Shown here: one piece after another, positions 13,031 through 26,200 of the stretch
How positions within the stretch are numbered: position 1 is the first letter of the stretch
Layout of the letters: the number at the start of each line of letters is the position of its first letter
NCBI RefSeq assembly: GCF_027921745.1
Contig: NC_079239.1
Coordinates: forward strand, 3,038,001-3,102,000
Length of the DNA: 64,000 nt
Source of the DNA: Schizosaccharomyces osmophilus
Taxonomy: Eukaryota
Direction of reading: 5' to 3'
Notes under the pieces: generated by a model
What the model saw: the letters and a program-made list of their open reading frames with translations, nothing else
Told to the model about the DNA's origin: nothing
The model's database searches: none
Translations under genes and position numbers: made by a program

Positions 13031-15118
13031 TCAAAGTCCTTTAGGGAACAAAATGGTAAAGAATGACCTGATCCTTCTTACATAATTTTTCGCTTCATTG
13101 CTAATTGGGGCTATCTCGATGCAAGATGTATCTTCCTTGTTCTCTTCGGATTTCTGTAAAAATAGAGCGGACGAATCTTCAATCTTCACTTCATTTCCAC
13201 ATTTTTCATATAATGATTTCAGTAGCTCATAATCAAATATCAGTTTCTGCTTTCGAACATTACTTAGGGAAGAAAAAGAAATTTCTTTGAGAGTACTAAG
13301 CATTGAGGAACTCAACTTTGATACCAATTGCTCTTTCAGGTTATCGTTAGCTATATCAATACCAATAATCTCCAATCTATCAACAGCCTTCATAAAGACA
13401 AAATAGGTAGCCTGTAGAGGCAGATAAGTTTTCCCATAACTGTCATCATCTAGCGTGCTCAATTCTTTATCGAAACTCGTAGCATACCCATCCAAAGACG
13501 TTTTTGCTATTTCCTCCGCCAAGACGTTTGTTGTTTTCTGGGTAAAGCCATCAAACAAATTGTAGTTTGCAATAGCATCACATAATCCAATAATTCTAAC
13601 GAGTTTGATTGCTTTAGCTAAAAGAAAATCTTTGTTCTCTGTTGACCCGGATGATACTATTTCTTCAGACGCTTTCTCAAGTTTAAGCAGAATTTCTTCT
13701 GATAATTCATCTAGTTTATCATTTAACGATCTTTTCAGATTTTCTGTAGTAAACGGCAGTGGAGTGTTTTCGTAAGTATCAAAAGTTTCCAAAGAATTGC
13801 TAATTCTTTTGACGGAATCGTTAAAGGATAACAGTTGTTGGTGAAACTTTTGCGTATCATTCTTCATTCCACAGGCTTGTAAAAAATAGAATTGAAATGA
13901 CGATAAGTTAGGTTCCCCTGCTAAGTTCCAAATGTCGTAGTCTGCTCGAGGTGAGCTTGCCAGGAGCGTCTCTATAAGACCAGATAATTTCGAACTATGC
14001 TGCTTGATATTGTCTATTACTTTCTGAAGGGAGTTCACAAAGTGAGGGTATAAGAGGGACTTCCATAAGTCCTGGAGATCATCAATTTGAGTAACAGCAA
14101 TGGTGTTGGAAAGGGCATCATATTTCATTTTTAGCTTCTCGAGATCTTGGTCTTCTTCAAAAAAGGGCTTTTTCAGATTTTTGGCGTCCAAGTACACACG
14201 ATTCCTCCATTCATCCAAGACTTTAGTTAAATCAACATCAAATGATGTATCCCATGTAGGCAGAAAACCCAAATCCTCCAAACGCAAGTAGCGAGTACAC
14301 AAGTCATCTGTAAGGCAAAGGTCTTTGCGAAGCGACTTGCTGGATAAAAACTCAAGATCAGCAATTGAAGTGATAACTTCATTAATGTGAGCTGGAAACC
14401 ATTTTCTTACAAGAGTACCGGTATTAACAAATTCCAAACCAAATTGCAGCGTATCTGTCTTGCTCATGACAATGGCAAACCGAACATCCAGAAATGCATG
14501 TAAAGCGGCTTTTAAAGACATATGATTAAGCAAAGTAAAAGACGCTATTATTTTGTCTTGATTTTGTGAGTCACTCTTCGAAAGTTGGCTTAACTGTTCC
14601 GCATAATAATGAGTGCAAGGGTCATACTTGTGAACAAGTTTCTTCAAGTCCTGATCATCTTTAGGGAGCCGTTGAAATAAAACGGGAAAAAAAAGAAACA
14701 AACGAATGGACAATAGATATTCTTGCTTGTTGAGCAACTGAAAAGTATACGGTAGGGCGGTATAGAAAAATCTCTCTACAAAGGACTTGAAGCCAGCTTC
14801 ATCAACTGATACCTTTAAGGAAGAGAACTTGGAAAATACATCAGCAGCTTTTTCTGCTTTTCGTTCATTCGTTTGAGACTGAAGTTGGTGAGCGTTCTCT
14901 ACAACAGCCAGCAAACTGGATTGAATTTGAGAGATATTATCAGCAGCTTTCAAGAAGCTTTGATAATTTAAACACACATTTTGCTGAAGCTCTCTGCCTT
15001 TCTCCTCTACTTGCTGCTGAACAAACTTTTCCAATTGTATGGTTTGTGAGATGTTGTGTGTTCGAAACACCTCTTTCCAGTCTGTAGTTTTTTGAGATGA
15101 ATCGTTCAATTCTTCCAT
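13031..15118 (-). CDS. cog1: Conserved oligomeric Golgi complex subunit 1 (Vps51/Cog1-like N-terminus)
   Basis: 695-aa helical protein. N-terminal 'VFRTHNISQ...VEEKGRELQQNVCLNYQSFLKAADNI' fits the Vps51/Cog1 domain. Recalled synteny supports cog1. Confidence 0.78.
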   Translation of the reverse strand: MEELNDSSQKTTDWKEVFRTHNISQTIQLEKFVQQQVEEKGRELQQNVCLNYQSFLKAADNISQIQSSLLAVVENAHQLQSQTNERKAEKAADVFSKFSSLKVSVDEAGFKSFVERFFYTALPYTFQLLNKQEYLLSIRLFLFFPVLFQRLPKDDQDLKKLVHKYDPCTHYYAEQLSQLSKSDSQNQDKIIASFTLLNHMSLKAALHAFLDVRFAIVMSKTDTLQFGLEFVNTGTLVRKWFPAHINEVITSIADLEFLSSKSLRKDLCLTDDLCTRYLRLEDLGFLPTWDTSFDVDLTKVLDEWRNRVYLDAKNLKKPFFEEDQDLEKLKMKYDALSNTIAVTQIDDLQDLWKSLLYPHFVNSLQKVIDNIKQHSSKLSGLIETLLASSPRADYDIWNLAGEPNLSSFQFYFLQACGMKNDTQKFHQQLLSFNDSVKRISNSLETFDTYENTPLPFTTENLKRSLNDKLDELSEEILLKLEKASEEIVSSGSTENKDFLLAKAIKLVRIIGLCDAIANYNLFDGFTQKTTNVLAEEIAKTSLDGYATSFDKELSTLDDDSYGKTYLPLQATYFVFMKAVDRLEIIGIDIANDNLKEQLVSKLSSSMLSTLKEISFSSLSNVRKQKLIFDYELLKSLYEKCGNEVKIEDSSALFLQKSEENKEDTSCIEIAPISNEAKNYVRRIRSFFTILFPKGL

Positions 15119-15702
15119 TGGATATCGCTACAATAAAATGATGTATTTAAAGCTCTTTTTATGATTTTCCAAAGTTTCCAAGTTCTTCAATACTCAACGA
15201 AACGCGTCTCCAAATCAATAATGAAGGTTCAGAGTATTGTTTTCTCTATTTTTTAACCACAAATGGTTTCATTAGCATACAATTAATTCATTAAAGCCAA
15301 ATAGCAATAGTTTATTGTTGTTTACCAACTGATGCCTGTGCGCGCAAGAGTTCATTCATTTAGCAAAACTGAATTACTGTTGGAAAATATTATACCGAGC
15401 TGCAACAGCTTTTTGCTTTTTCATCGTATTTCTCAATTACTGTAGTATAGCATAGTATAAAACATTCTAATTTCTACTTTGGTAAGCTTAGTTTACCGTG
15501 TACATTGATAGTTCGCTAATATGACTTTTATTTTTAGGCGCTAAACATCATTATACGTTTCAACGAAACAAAGAGAGATGGCAAACTCTGGAATTATTTA
15601 TATATATGAGCTATAAGCATGTTGGAGTTAACAGCTCTTTTGTTTTTCACGGTGAATTAGGTGGCTTTATTGACTGAATTCATCAATCTATAGAATTTCC
15701 TT

Positions 15703-16242
15703 ATGAGTGCTACATTGCAAAACGAAAATCCAGAAGTGAAGGCTTTGAGCCAACTTCCATCAAGAGCGCAGGAAGAAGAGAATCTGTATTTAAAAGGTAA
15801 TGAAGAGTGGTTATGGGATGCGAGCGACGAGCTAGAGAGCATTGAAAAAATTCGCGACGGGGTTGATGCACAGGAAATATTTGATTTATTGGCGAAGATA
15901 AATGATCCTGAGCACCCTTTAACTTTAGCTCAACTCTCAGTTGTAAAGTTAGAAGACATCGATGTTTTTGATAACCTATATGGTAACTCTTCTGTCATTG
16001 TCTATATCACACCTACTATCCCACACTGTTCTATGTGCACATTGATCGGATTGTGCATTCGTGTGCGTTTGGAACGCTGCCTTCCACCTCGATTCCATGT
16101 GGACGTAAAAGTAAAGAAGGGAACTCACGCAAGTGAAATACAAGTGAATAAGCAATTGAATGATAAGGAGCGTGTTGCAGCTGCATGTGAAAACGAGCAA
16201 CTGCTGAATGTTTTGAACAGCATGATGTCTACTTGTATTTGA
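15703..16242 (+). CDS. cia2: CIA targeting complex subunit (FAM96B/MIP18)
   Basis: [38 protein letters not shown] motifs. Confidence 0.95.
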   Translation: MSATLQNENPEVKALSQLPSRAQEEENLYLKGNEEWLWDASDELESIEKIRDGVDAQEIFDLLAKINDPEHPLTLAQLSVVKLEDIDVFDNLYGNSSVIVYITPTIPHCSMCTLIGLCIRVRLERCLPPRFHVDVKVKKGTHASEIQVNKQLNDKERVAAACENEQLLNVLNSMMSTCI

Positions 16243-16454
16243 TTTGTCTGTCACTTCTAATGAATGTACATTAAGTTTTTTTTATTTGGTATAAAAAGCA
16301 ATATTTTTTCGGTTGGTTCATAAGATACAATAATCCTCCCATCGATATTTTTTTCGTAGCATTGATTTCTAGTCTTATATATAATCTTACTTCACGTTCT
16401 CGGAAAGTATGAATTTAAACAGCTTTCCGTATAATAGGCCGTATATTCTTTTTA

Positions 16455-18118
16455 TTAGACGGCAGGAGGCGTAGTAAATTTACCACTTAAATCTTCATTT
16501 CTTATATCGTAATCGTGAGCTTCTTTAGCATCCAACTCATACTCATTAACTTGCATGCCCATACTGTTGTCAATAAACTCGAAAATTCCTGTTGGTAGCA
16601 ATTGAAGGAAAGGTATGTCCTATACATAGATTGTTAGCACTAGTAAGAAACACGGTAATCTGTCTCTGATTGCAAAAATACATACCCCAGCTGGAACATT
16701 CATATAATATCCGTAAAGTAAACGGACTAAACTTTTCGATCCAACAATTACCACGTCCCGGGATTCTCTGGCTATCTCCAAAATTAACGGTTCTAAACGG
16801 ACGGCAAGGTCGTAAAAGGATTCCCTTTCTTTCACCCTACATCTATATGGGTCCTTCATAAACAAATTGTATTCATCTTTTCCAAAAGCTTCACGCAATT
16901 TCTCATAATTACTTCCAAACCAGTCCATAATCAGTGGTGACAGATTTGCACGTGAAAATGCTCGAGAACCTAACTTTCGAAAAGGGGTTAAAGTGGATTC
17001 TTCCATGCTAGACATCACAACAAGATTCTTGAAGGAAATTGAAGGAAACAGTTTTTGAAACTGCTCGACGAGGTATTCCATAAACTCAGAATTCGCCCCA
17101 TCGTCGTCGACTTCTTGGGACAAGAGTGGTCTCATAGAGGCCTTCGATACCAAGTATACACGTTTTCTCGTAAGGGTAATGTTCATCAATAAAAATAGAA
17201 TACGTGACTACAAGCAAAATTAGTAAAGTTGTCTGGGAGTATAATATTGGAAGAACGTACCAATAAGTATCCTTGATTCGTCCGATTGGTTATAAGCGTC
17301 TCTGAAAAGTTGATCATTTTCACATAAGAATACTCTTTTTCATCCATTGGTTCATATTTTATTTTCAAAAGATCGATACGTCTGCAATATTCAGCTTCTG
17401 CCTCTTTCTTATCCCAATGTTCAAACTAACCCATATTAATAATGAAAAAATAGAAATAAAAGTAAATAAGCAATCATACCTCCTTTGAAACTTGGATAGC
17501 CTCTTGAACGTTGTCATGAATTACGTTTTCTTTGTCGCATAAACTTTCAATAAACAGGATGTTAAAACCAAAGCTTTTAAATCGATCATATAAAGTACTT
17601 CTTGTTTCCTTCGTTCCGTTCGTAGCATCATAAATAGCAACTTGGCCTTTTTCTCTTGAAAGAAAGTTTTCCAAGTCTCGTAAGCACTGCTCAATGGTAT
17701 TGTCTCTGTAGAGCTTCAAAAATGTCTCAATGGACTCTAAACACAGTTTATTAACTTCATGTTCTAAAGTATCATCGAAAGATCCCAATAAAAATCACAT
17801 ACCACGAATATTGCCTGAGTTTTCAAACTCCTTTGATCGCTCGTCCATATATTTTGCAAGACTGTAGAATCTGCAATTAAATCCAAGCCACTTTAGATAT
17901 CTGTCTATTGATACCGCGATGTTGGACTTTCCTCTAGCCGGTAAACCAGACATGATGATGACAAGTTTACCAGCATGAAACAACATTCCATTTTCGGTAC
18001 TGTACGTCTGTGCACCTCCAAGCTTTCTTTCATCTTTTTCCGCTATTACTTTTTGGCGGGCCCGCAAGATACTTGGGTTAATTGCTTGCTCAATGGTAAC
18101 AGAGCTTCTTCGCGACAT
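16455..18118 (-). CDS. 6-phosphofructo-2-kinase/fructose-2,6-bisphosphatase family protein, 5 exons
   Basis: Exons 18118-17803, 17763-17480, 17425-17261, 17207-16686 and 16619-16455 join in frame via GT-AG introns. P-loop GLPARGKS and AIYDATN kinase motifs; C-terminal phosphatase-like domain ([17 protein letters not shown]). Confidence 0.88.
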
Positions 18119-18998
18119 CTTGTAATTTTATAGGGGAAAAGTCTCCCGAAAACAGTGTGAATTTGAAGAATCGTAGTATTTCAATTGATTTTCTGTCTGT
18201 TTGAATATTTGACCGATAAATGAAAGGGTTTTCCTAGCGAGCAACAGGTATCCTTGCAATGTTTACTTTCAAAATGTATCACCGTTGATTACTTCCAATG
18301 CTTCAAGTTTGAAAGAATCAATTCACCAATACTAGAGAGCTGGGATCTAAAACATTAGCAACATTAGTAACCTACAAAAAAAGGAAAACAAACACTTACA
18401 CGATGATGGAGCAGGTTATGGGATAGTGTACAATGGAGGCCTGGTCAACACAGTGAGATAGTAAGGGCATGGATAGCATAGTTGAATTGGCTCTCAGTAA
18501 ACTTAATACGGAACTGGCTTATTCCGTCGATAAGTAACAAATCCAAATAGTAATTACAAAAGTAAACAATCAAATAGATGAGAAAAATTGTATTAGAGAT
18601 CTATTGAAACAGTAAAAACAAAATCACGACTGTAAGAGAAAGAAAAATCTTTCTAAAATGATTCATAAAGAGTGAAATAAAACGGAATGCTGATTTCCTT
18701 GTGGTTACAGAAAGAACGTTGGAGTTACTGACATGTAACCCCCAGAATTTTTTCTTCTTTTTAAAAATTTCCTTTAATAATAAAATTTTCTATTTAATTA
18801 AATAGAAAGAACCGTATTCTCGTCTCATGAAATTTTCGAGAACCAAAAATGAAATCTTTTCTCGGTGATGACATCGTCAATTTGCTTTGGGTAAGGGAGG
18901 GGCACATTTTAGGTGGTTGAGGTTTTACCATGCACTGAGCTCAGAACTGCAAGTGTCTTACTTGATCGGAGCCATTCTATTGCAAGTCAACTTAGAAA

Positions 18999-20039
18999 AT
19001 GGATGAAAATGTTGCAAATCGTGTTAGCAAATCTCCAGTACTTCCCGTGGCTTCTTATTGCATAGCATCTATTTTGATGACCATGACAAACAAATATGTC
19101 TTGTCTAGCCCCGGATACAATATGAACTTTTTGATGTTGACCGTACAATCCCTTATCTGTGTCCTCACAATTAGAGTATTAAAGAACCTCAAAGTAATTA
19201 GCTACCGCGACTTTGATTTGCGTGAGGCAAAGTTTTGGTTTCCCATCTCATTTATGCTTGTTGCAATGATTTACACTTCGTCAAAAGCTTTGCAATATTT
19301 ATCTGTCCCAGTCTATACTATCTTCAAAAACTTGACTATCATTGTCATTGCCTACGGTGAAGTGCTTTGGTTTGGAGGTCATGTTTCTGCCCTCACATTG
19401 TTTTCCTTTGGCTTAATGGTCCTTTCCTCTATCGTCGCCGCTTGGGCCGATATTCAATCCCCCGGTTCTTCTGAATACACTGCCTTGAACTCTGGTTACT
19501 TGTGGATGTTTATGAATTGTATCACCAATGCGGCTTTTGTCCTCACTATGCGTAAGCGCATCAAGCTCACAAACTTCCGTGACTTTGACACCATGTTCTA
19601 CAACAACCTTCTTAGTATTCCAATTCTTGTTATTTGTACTCTCTTTACGGAAGACTGGAGTGCTGCAAACATCGCTCAAAACTTTCCCCCTGGGGCAAAA
19701 TTCAACGTTATTATAGCTATGCTTATCAGCGGTGCCTCCTCTGTCGGTATCTCTTATACTTCTGCTTGGTGTGTTCGTGTCACTTCCTCCACTACTTATA
19801 GTATGGTTGGTGCTCTCAATAAGCTACCTTTGGCCATCGCTGGTTTAGTGTTCTTTGACGCTGCTGTTACTTTTGGCTCTGTCAGTGCTATCTTTTTGGG
19901 ATTCATTTCTGGTATTATCTATGCCGTTGCCAAGGCTCAACAACAACGTAAAAAGGAAAGCGCTACTGTACTTCCCATGACCAACAATCCCGTCAGTGCC
20001 AGTTCCCAAAGCATCCGTGACAGTATGAGCAAATCTTAA
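18999..20039 (+). CDS. vrg4: Golgi GDP-mannose transporter
   Basis: Multi-pass nucleotide-sugar transporter with the diagnostic [11 protein letters not shown] motif. Confidence 0.95.
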   Translation: MDENVANRVSKSPVLPVASYCIASILMTMTNKYVLSSPGYNMNFLMLTVQSLICVLTIRVLKNLKVISYRDFDLREAKFWFPISFMLVAMIYTSSKALQYLSVPVYTIFKNLTIIVIAYGEVLWFGGHVSALTLFSFGLMVLSSIVAAWADIQSPGSSEYTALNSGYLWMFMNCITNAAFVLTMRKRIKLTNFRDFDTMFYNNLLSIPILVICTLFTEDWSAANIAQNFPPGAKFNVIIAMLISGASSVGISYTSAWCVRVTSSTTYSMVGALNKLPLAIAGLVFFDAAVTFGSVSAIFLGFISGIIYAVAKAQQQRKKESATVLPMTNNPVSASSQSIRDSMSKS

Positions 20040-21401
20040 TTTCGATTTGCCATGTGGATTGTCTTGTAATGTCGTTCAAGACATGCACATATTTTACCGT
20101 CAGTCCATATTGGATGACCGTTCTTTTTAGGAACGAAGTTGCTTGTATTATTATTACCTTTGTATTCTTTTGATATACGACTTTATCGTTCCCTTAGCAC
20201 AAACGTGTTAAACGAACAGACTTTTATTGGAAGTAATAGTTCGAAACTTACGGATTTTGTTTAATTTCTAAAACTGTTTCAACTATGTGTTGATATCTGT
20301 AGTTTTGGTGTTTTCCGATTATAGATGGCAATACATAATCCCCGTGTTTTAATATCTAGCATGTGAAATCCATTCTCAACACAAGTAGATTATGAGTTCC
20401 AGAAAAACTTACTTTTAATCCATATGCAGTAGTTTTGTGTACATAGATTTGAGCCAGCAATTCAAGGAAATTGAAACTGGTGTGTCTACATGCTAAAAAA
20501 AAAAAATAAAAAAAATAAAAAAAAATAAAACTACGTCTCATCGTAATTTACCTCTTGATGAAGCCTAAGGAATCAGCAGCCAATCTGAGTCCTCTGCTTC
20601 CATTTTTTTTGTTTATTTATATGTTCGATTAAACAACAAGCAAGTTCATTAGCCGTAATGCAATTTATAAAACAATTCTAAAAATAAATAGGAATGCAAC
20701 AAAAAAGTAGGACCTATTTTGAAATGATGGGCCATAAAGATGCACTTCTATAAATTTCAGCCCACCGTCAAGTGGAGCTTTTAAAACGATAAACCTTTGA
20801 TTAACTCGAGCTAAGTTTTGGCATAATGGAACATAATTTTTTGAGTTATTGAATAAATGAAAGCTCTATTACAATGACTCTTCATACAACAAATGAGGTC
20901 TCTATATTTGACCTAATCTTCCTTGCACAATTCCTCTGAAAGGCTATAGAATTGGTCTTTTTACATATACTTTTAGTTTATTTTATTTACTTCAACGGTT
21001 GCACAGAACTTATAAAGACTTGAATTTTCTTTATAATACAAGAAACTAGCAGATTCATTGAACTGCGTTCTGCCGTAGCAGTACGTTATGTATGATAACG
21101 GAATACACAATCATATATACAGCTACGTAAAAAGTGTCAATAAATGGTTTATGGCCACCTAAAAAGTCGCCTTAAAAACTCGCTAAACTGGATTGTAGAA
21201 CGGAACGATGGGAAACATGCAGAGCGCGGTCACTTCAAATATAAGAGAAAGAAACCTACCGACTACCAAGCATTTCAGCCTTGAGGCCAAAAATTTAATT
21301 TCCTGGTCTTTTAGTTAAATAATTGGGGTTCTTTGGTAATTTTGGTATTATTTAAATAGAGAAAGTTGGAGATTTAAAAAAATCTTGAAATACAAGGCAA
21401 A

Positions 21402-22703
21402 ATGAGCGAACAAGCAGAGACAGCAATCCAAATTTGGAAGATTCGCCGCTTGGTAAAGCAGTTGGTCAATTGCCATGGTAATGGTACCTCAATGATTACA
21501 TTGATTATTCCTCCTCGTGAACAAATTTCTCGAATTAGCAGCATGCTTGCGGAAGAATATGGTACCGCCTCAAACATCAAGTCTCGTGTGAACAGACTTT
21601 CCGTTTTGTCTGCCATTACTTCGACTCGTGAGCGTCTTAAGCTTTATAACAAGGTTCCTCAAAATGGTTTGGTTATTTACTGTGGTGAAGTTATGATGGA
21701 AGGCAATAAAACCAGAAAGCTTAACATTGACTTTGAACCCTTTAAGCCCATTAATACCTCTCAATACTTGTGTGACAATAAGTTCCACACAGAATCTCTT
21801 GCTGAATTGTTGGAGACTGACCAACGCTTTGGTTTCATTGTTATGGATGGTCATCAAACTCTTTACGGTATGGTTTCTGGTAGCGCCCGTGAAGTTTTAC
21901 AAAAGTTCAGCGTTGATTTGCCAAAGAAGCACGGCCGTGGTGGTCAGTCAGCTCTTCGTTTCGCTCGTCTTCGTGAAGAAAAGCGCCACAACTACGTTCG
22001 TAAGGTTGCTGAAAATGCTGTTCAGCATTTTATCACAGAAGACAAGGCAAATGTTGCTGGTCTTATTCTTGCTGGTTCAGCTGATTTCAAGACTGAACTT
22101 GGTCAAAGTGACTTGTTTGATCAAAGACTTCAAAACAAAATTATCAGAACCGTTGACGTTTCCTACGGTGGTGAGGCTGGTTTCAACCAAGCCATTGAAT
22201 TGTCTGCTGATACCTTAGCCAACGTTAAGTTTGTTCAAGAAAAGAAGATAATTCAAAAATTCTTTGACGAAATTAGTTTGGATACTGGCAAGTATTGCTT
22301 TGGTGTTGTTGATACTATGAACGCCTTACAAGAAGGTGCCGTTGAAATTCTTCTCATTTATGCTGACCTTGATATGACTCGCTACGAGTTCAAAAATTCA
22401 GAGGGCAACACTGTTGTTAGTTACATGACCAAAGAACAAGAAGAAGGCGACAAGACGAACTCTTACTTGCTTGACAAGGAATCTGGTGGAGAAATGGAAT
22501 TAGTGAATACAATGGCCTTGTCTGAATGGCTCGCCGAACATTACAAGGATTATGGTGCCAACTTGGAGTTCGTTTCTGACCGCTCTCAAGAAGGTATGCA
22601 GTTCGTTAGGGGCTTTGGTGGTATCGGTGCCATCATGCGTTATCAACTTGATCTTGCTATGCTTGATCCAGAATCTGATGAATTCTATTCTGATTCTGAG
22701 TAA
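21402..22703 (+). CDS. sup45: Eukaryotic peptide chain release factor eRF1
   Basis: GTS, TASNIKS, YLCDNKF and GRGGQS motifs. Confidence 0.98.
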   Translation: MSEQAETAIQIWKIRRLVKQLVNCHGNGTSMITLIIPPREQISRISSMLAEEYGTASNIKSRVNRLSVLSAITSTRERLKLYNKVPQNGLVIYCGEVMMEGNKTRKLNIDFEPFKPINTSQYLCDNKFHTESLAELLETDQRFGFIVMDGHQTLYGMVSGSAREVLQKFSVDLPKKHGRGGQSALRFARLREEKRHNYVRKVAENAVQHFITEDKANVAGLILAGSADFKTELGQSDLFDQRLQNKIIRTVDVSYGGEAGFNQAIELSADTLANVKFVQEKKIIQKFFDEISLDTGKYCFGVVDTMNALQEGAVEILLIYADLDMTRYEFKNSEGNTVVSYMTKEQEEGDKTNSYLLDKESGGEMELVNTMALSEWLAEHYKDYGANLEFVSDRSQEGMQFVRGFGGIGAIMRYQLDLAMLDPESDEFYSDSE

Positions 22704-23264
22704 GTTTAAATCTGATAAATAATTAGATTTCCTTTTGTATTTCCTATCCTTTTCCGTACTTATTCGTCCTAAAATACACTCTTTTATCATTTCGAAAGGT
22801 TTTAAAATTGCTATCTATTTATGGGTTCTGGCAATTGCAAGGGGTATCGGTTCAAAATTCGCAATAGTATTGATTACAATATAGCATACTCTTGGTCTCT
22901 TTTCAGTATTAATCGATTACTGTTGCGCTGCTCATACCATATACTTGAAAGCATCTTATTATATCTGTGGCTCAACTCTACTATTGAATGCATACAGGTT
23001 ATTTAAAACTTCATGCCAATGTCTGAGCATGTCAATTAATTCAGTAGTGTTTATACTATTAATTTCGATAAATCCATTATTAAACAACTTTGAATAAAAT
23101 TGCTCTGCATAAATTTCTTTTCAAGGACGATTACGAAGCGCAACGAATCTGTAAATATGTGTAGTATCTGAAAGTGTAAATATCGTATTGTATCATCCAA
23201 ACCGCTACCATATTCTTGAACTGGTCCAGTGAGATTTTTGCCGTAAAGGCTTTTTACTTGCAAT

Positions 23265-26200
23265 ATGTCAAGTGAATCAGATTTGATTACGGTCCCTATC
23301 CTTGGCAAGGAGACCGTAAAGGTTGGTTTCGGTTTAGACGAATATATCGCTACTGAAATTTTGAAGGAATTCGAATCCTCAACGTATGTTGTAATTACAG
23401 ATTCTAACATTGCACCTCATTATTTGGAACCTTTTGAGCATATCTTTAGAAATGCTATTCAAAAGAGTGGAGCTCAGTCGAGATTTTTGAGCTATGTTAT
23501 TCCACCTGGAGAATCATCCAAGTGTCGGGCGACGAAAGCAGAGATCGAGGATTGGATGCTTTCTCAATCTTGCACTAGAGACACTCTATTGATTGCCATG
23601 GGTGGTGGTGTTATTGGGGATTTAGTTGGTTATGTTGCTGCCACTTTTATGCGTGGTATTCGTTTCGTTCAAATGCCTACAACTTTGCTTGCGATGGTAG
23701 ATTCTTCCATTGGCGGTAAAACTGGTATTGATGCCCCTCTTGGAAAGAATTTAATTGGCGCTTTTTGGCAGCCCTTGAGAGTTTATGTGGATTTACTTGT
23801 TTTGCATACATTGTCTCCTCGTCAAATTATCAATGGTTTAGCAGAAATAATTAAAACTGCTGCTATGTGGAATGAAAAGGATTTCCAATTACTGGAAAAC
23901 AACTCTGCTCTCCTCATCGAAGAAATCCACAAGCCAGCTGTTTCCGGAGAGTACAAATTCTCCAAGATTAAAGATTTGCTTCAAAAGATTATTCTTTCTT
24001 CAATCCGTACAAAGTGTGAAGTTGTAACTCTTGATGAACGTGAGGGTGGTCTTCGTAACTTGCTTAATTTCGGCCATAGTATTGGACATGCATATGAAGC
24101 CATTTTGTACCCCCAAATTCTTCATGGTGAATGTGTCGCAATCGGCATGATGAAAGAGGTTGAACTTGCAAGACACTTGGGTATATTAAAACCTAATGCT
24201 GTTGGAAGATTGGCTAAGTGTCTTGTGTCCTACAACTTACCTGTTAGCGTCAATGATCCTAAAATAAAGAAATATGCAGGCTTCAAGACTTGTCCTGTTG
24301 AAAATCTCATATTGACCATGGCCGTCGATAAAAAGAATCAAGGATCCAAAAAGCGTGTTGTAATCTTAAAGGCTATCGGAGAGACTTACGAAAAACATGC
24401 CACTGTAGTTTCCGATGATGAAATTCGATTTGTACTTTCTTCTGATGTTAAGGTCGACACTTTTACCGAACATTCTCTAGAGGTTGTGATTACTCCACCT
24501 GGCTCCAAATCTATTTCTAATCGTGCTCTTGTATTGGCTGCTTTATCACAAGGTACATGTCGTCTTACCAATATGCTGCACTCTGATGATACCCAGTTTA
24601 TGATGTCTGCCTTAGAATCCCTTGGAGCAGCTAAGTTTTCATGGGAAGATAATGGAGAAACTCTTGTTGTAGACGGTAGTGGCGGTAAAATGAGTGCCCC
24701 TAAAGAGGCTCTTTATTTAGGTAATGCTGGAACTGCTGCTCGCTTCTTGACAGGTGTCTCTGCACTAGTTCCAACTAGCGACAAGGAACATGGTGTTGTT
24801 CTTACAGGTAATCATAGAATGAAGGTCCGTCCAATAGGTCCTTTGGTGGATGCCTTACGAAACAACGGTTGTACAGTTGAATATCTCGAAAAAGAAGGTT
24901 CTTTGCCTCTTTCTACATCTTCTGTAGCTGGTTTAAAGGGTGGTGTCATTGAACTTGCTGCCACAGTCTCCTCTCAGTATGTTTCTTCCATTCTTATGTG
25001 TGCTCCCTATGCATCCGAACCTGTTACGCTTAAGTTAGTTGGTGGTAAACCAATATCACAACTTTATATTGATATGACTATTGCCATGATGGCTTCTTTT
25101 GGCATCGTTGTCGAAAAATCATCAACAGAAGAAAACACTTACCATATTCCCCATGCGAAGTACCAGAGTCCTTCTAAGTACGAAATCGAGAGTGATGCCA
25201 GCTCTGCTACTTATCCTTTAGCAATTGCTGCTATTACTGGAACTAAGTGTACTGTTCCTAATATTGGAAGTGCCTCGCTGCAAGGTGATTCCCGTTTCGC
25301 TAGGGATGTACTTAAGCCTATGGGTTGCTTGGTTGAGCAAACCGCAAATAGCACGACAGTCCAAGGTCCTCCCAAGGGTCAACTGAAGCCGCTCGAGTAT
25401 GTTGACATGGAAACCATGACCGATGCCTTCTTAACCGCTTCTGTGGTCGCTGCAGTAGCTACCAATGCCGAGGGTGACCCTGTCACTCGTATTACTGGTA
25501 TTGCCAACCAAAGAGTTAAAGAATGCAATCGTATTGCTGCTATGGTTCATGAATTGGCAAAATTTGGTGTTCGTGCTGGTGAACTAGAAGATGGTATTTA
25601 CATCTTTGGTCAAGACTACAAGCTATTAAAATCTCCTGAAGAGGGTGTCTATACTTATGACGACCATCGAGTTGCTATGGCGTTTAGCTTATTAGCTCTC
25701 CTTACACCTTCGCCTACTGTTGTTATTGATAAAGCCTGTGTTGAGAAAACCTGGCCTTCTTGGTGGGACGTTCTGAAAAATTCCTTTAAGGCTTCAATGT
25801 ACGGTTCTACCATTGATCACGATGAGCAACAAAATCCTTTAAGTAAAAACGCTTCCATTATATTGATTGGTATGCGTGGAGCTGGCAAAACGACAATTGG
25901 CAAGATCATTTCGAAACAGCTCAATATGAAGTTTATCGACTTGGATGAATGGTTAGAAGATCGTTTGGCTATGCCCATTCCTCAGGTCATATTCAAATTG
26001 GGTTGGGATGCTTTTCGTGTTGAAGAACACAAATTACTTCGTGAATTCATTCATGAACGTCCATATGGCTTTGTTGCTGCTAGTGGAGGTGGTGTAATTG
26101 AGATGAACGACTCGCGCATGTTACTTGAAAATTATGTTAAGAATGGAGGCATTGTTTTACATGTTCACAGAAACCTTGATCACATAGTTTCTTACCTTTC

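Noticed and set aside
20357..20495. 8-bp inverted repeat TAGCATGT/ACATGCTA flanking ~140 bp next to an A tract (MITE-like)
   Set aside because: Too short, with no target-site duplication or second copy in the window.
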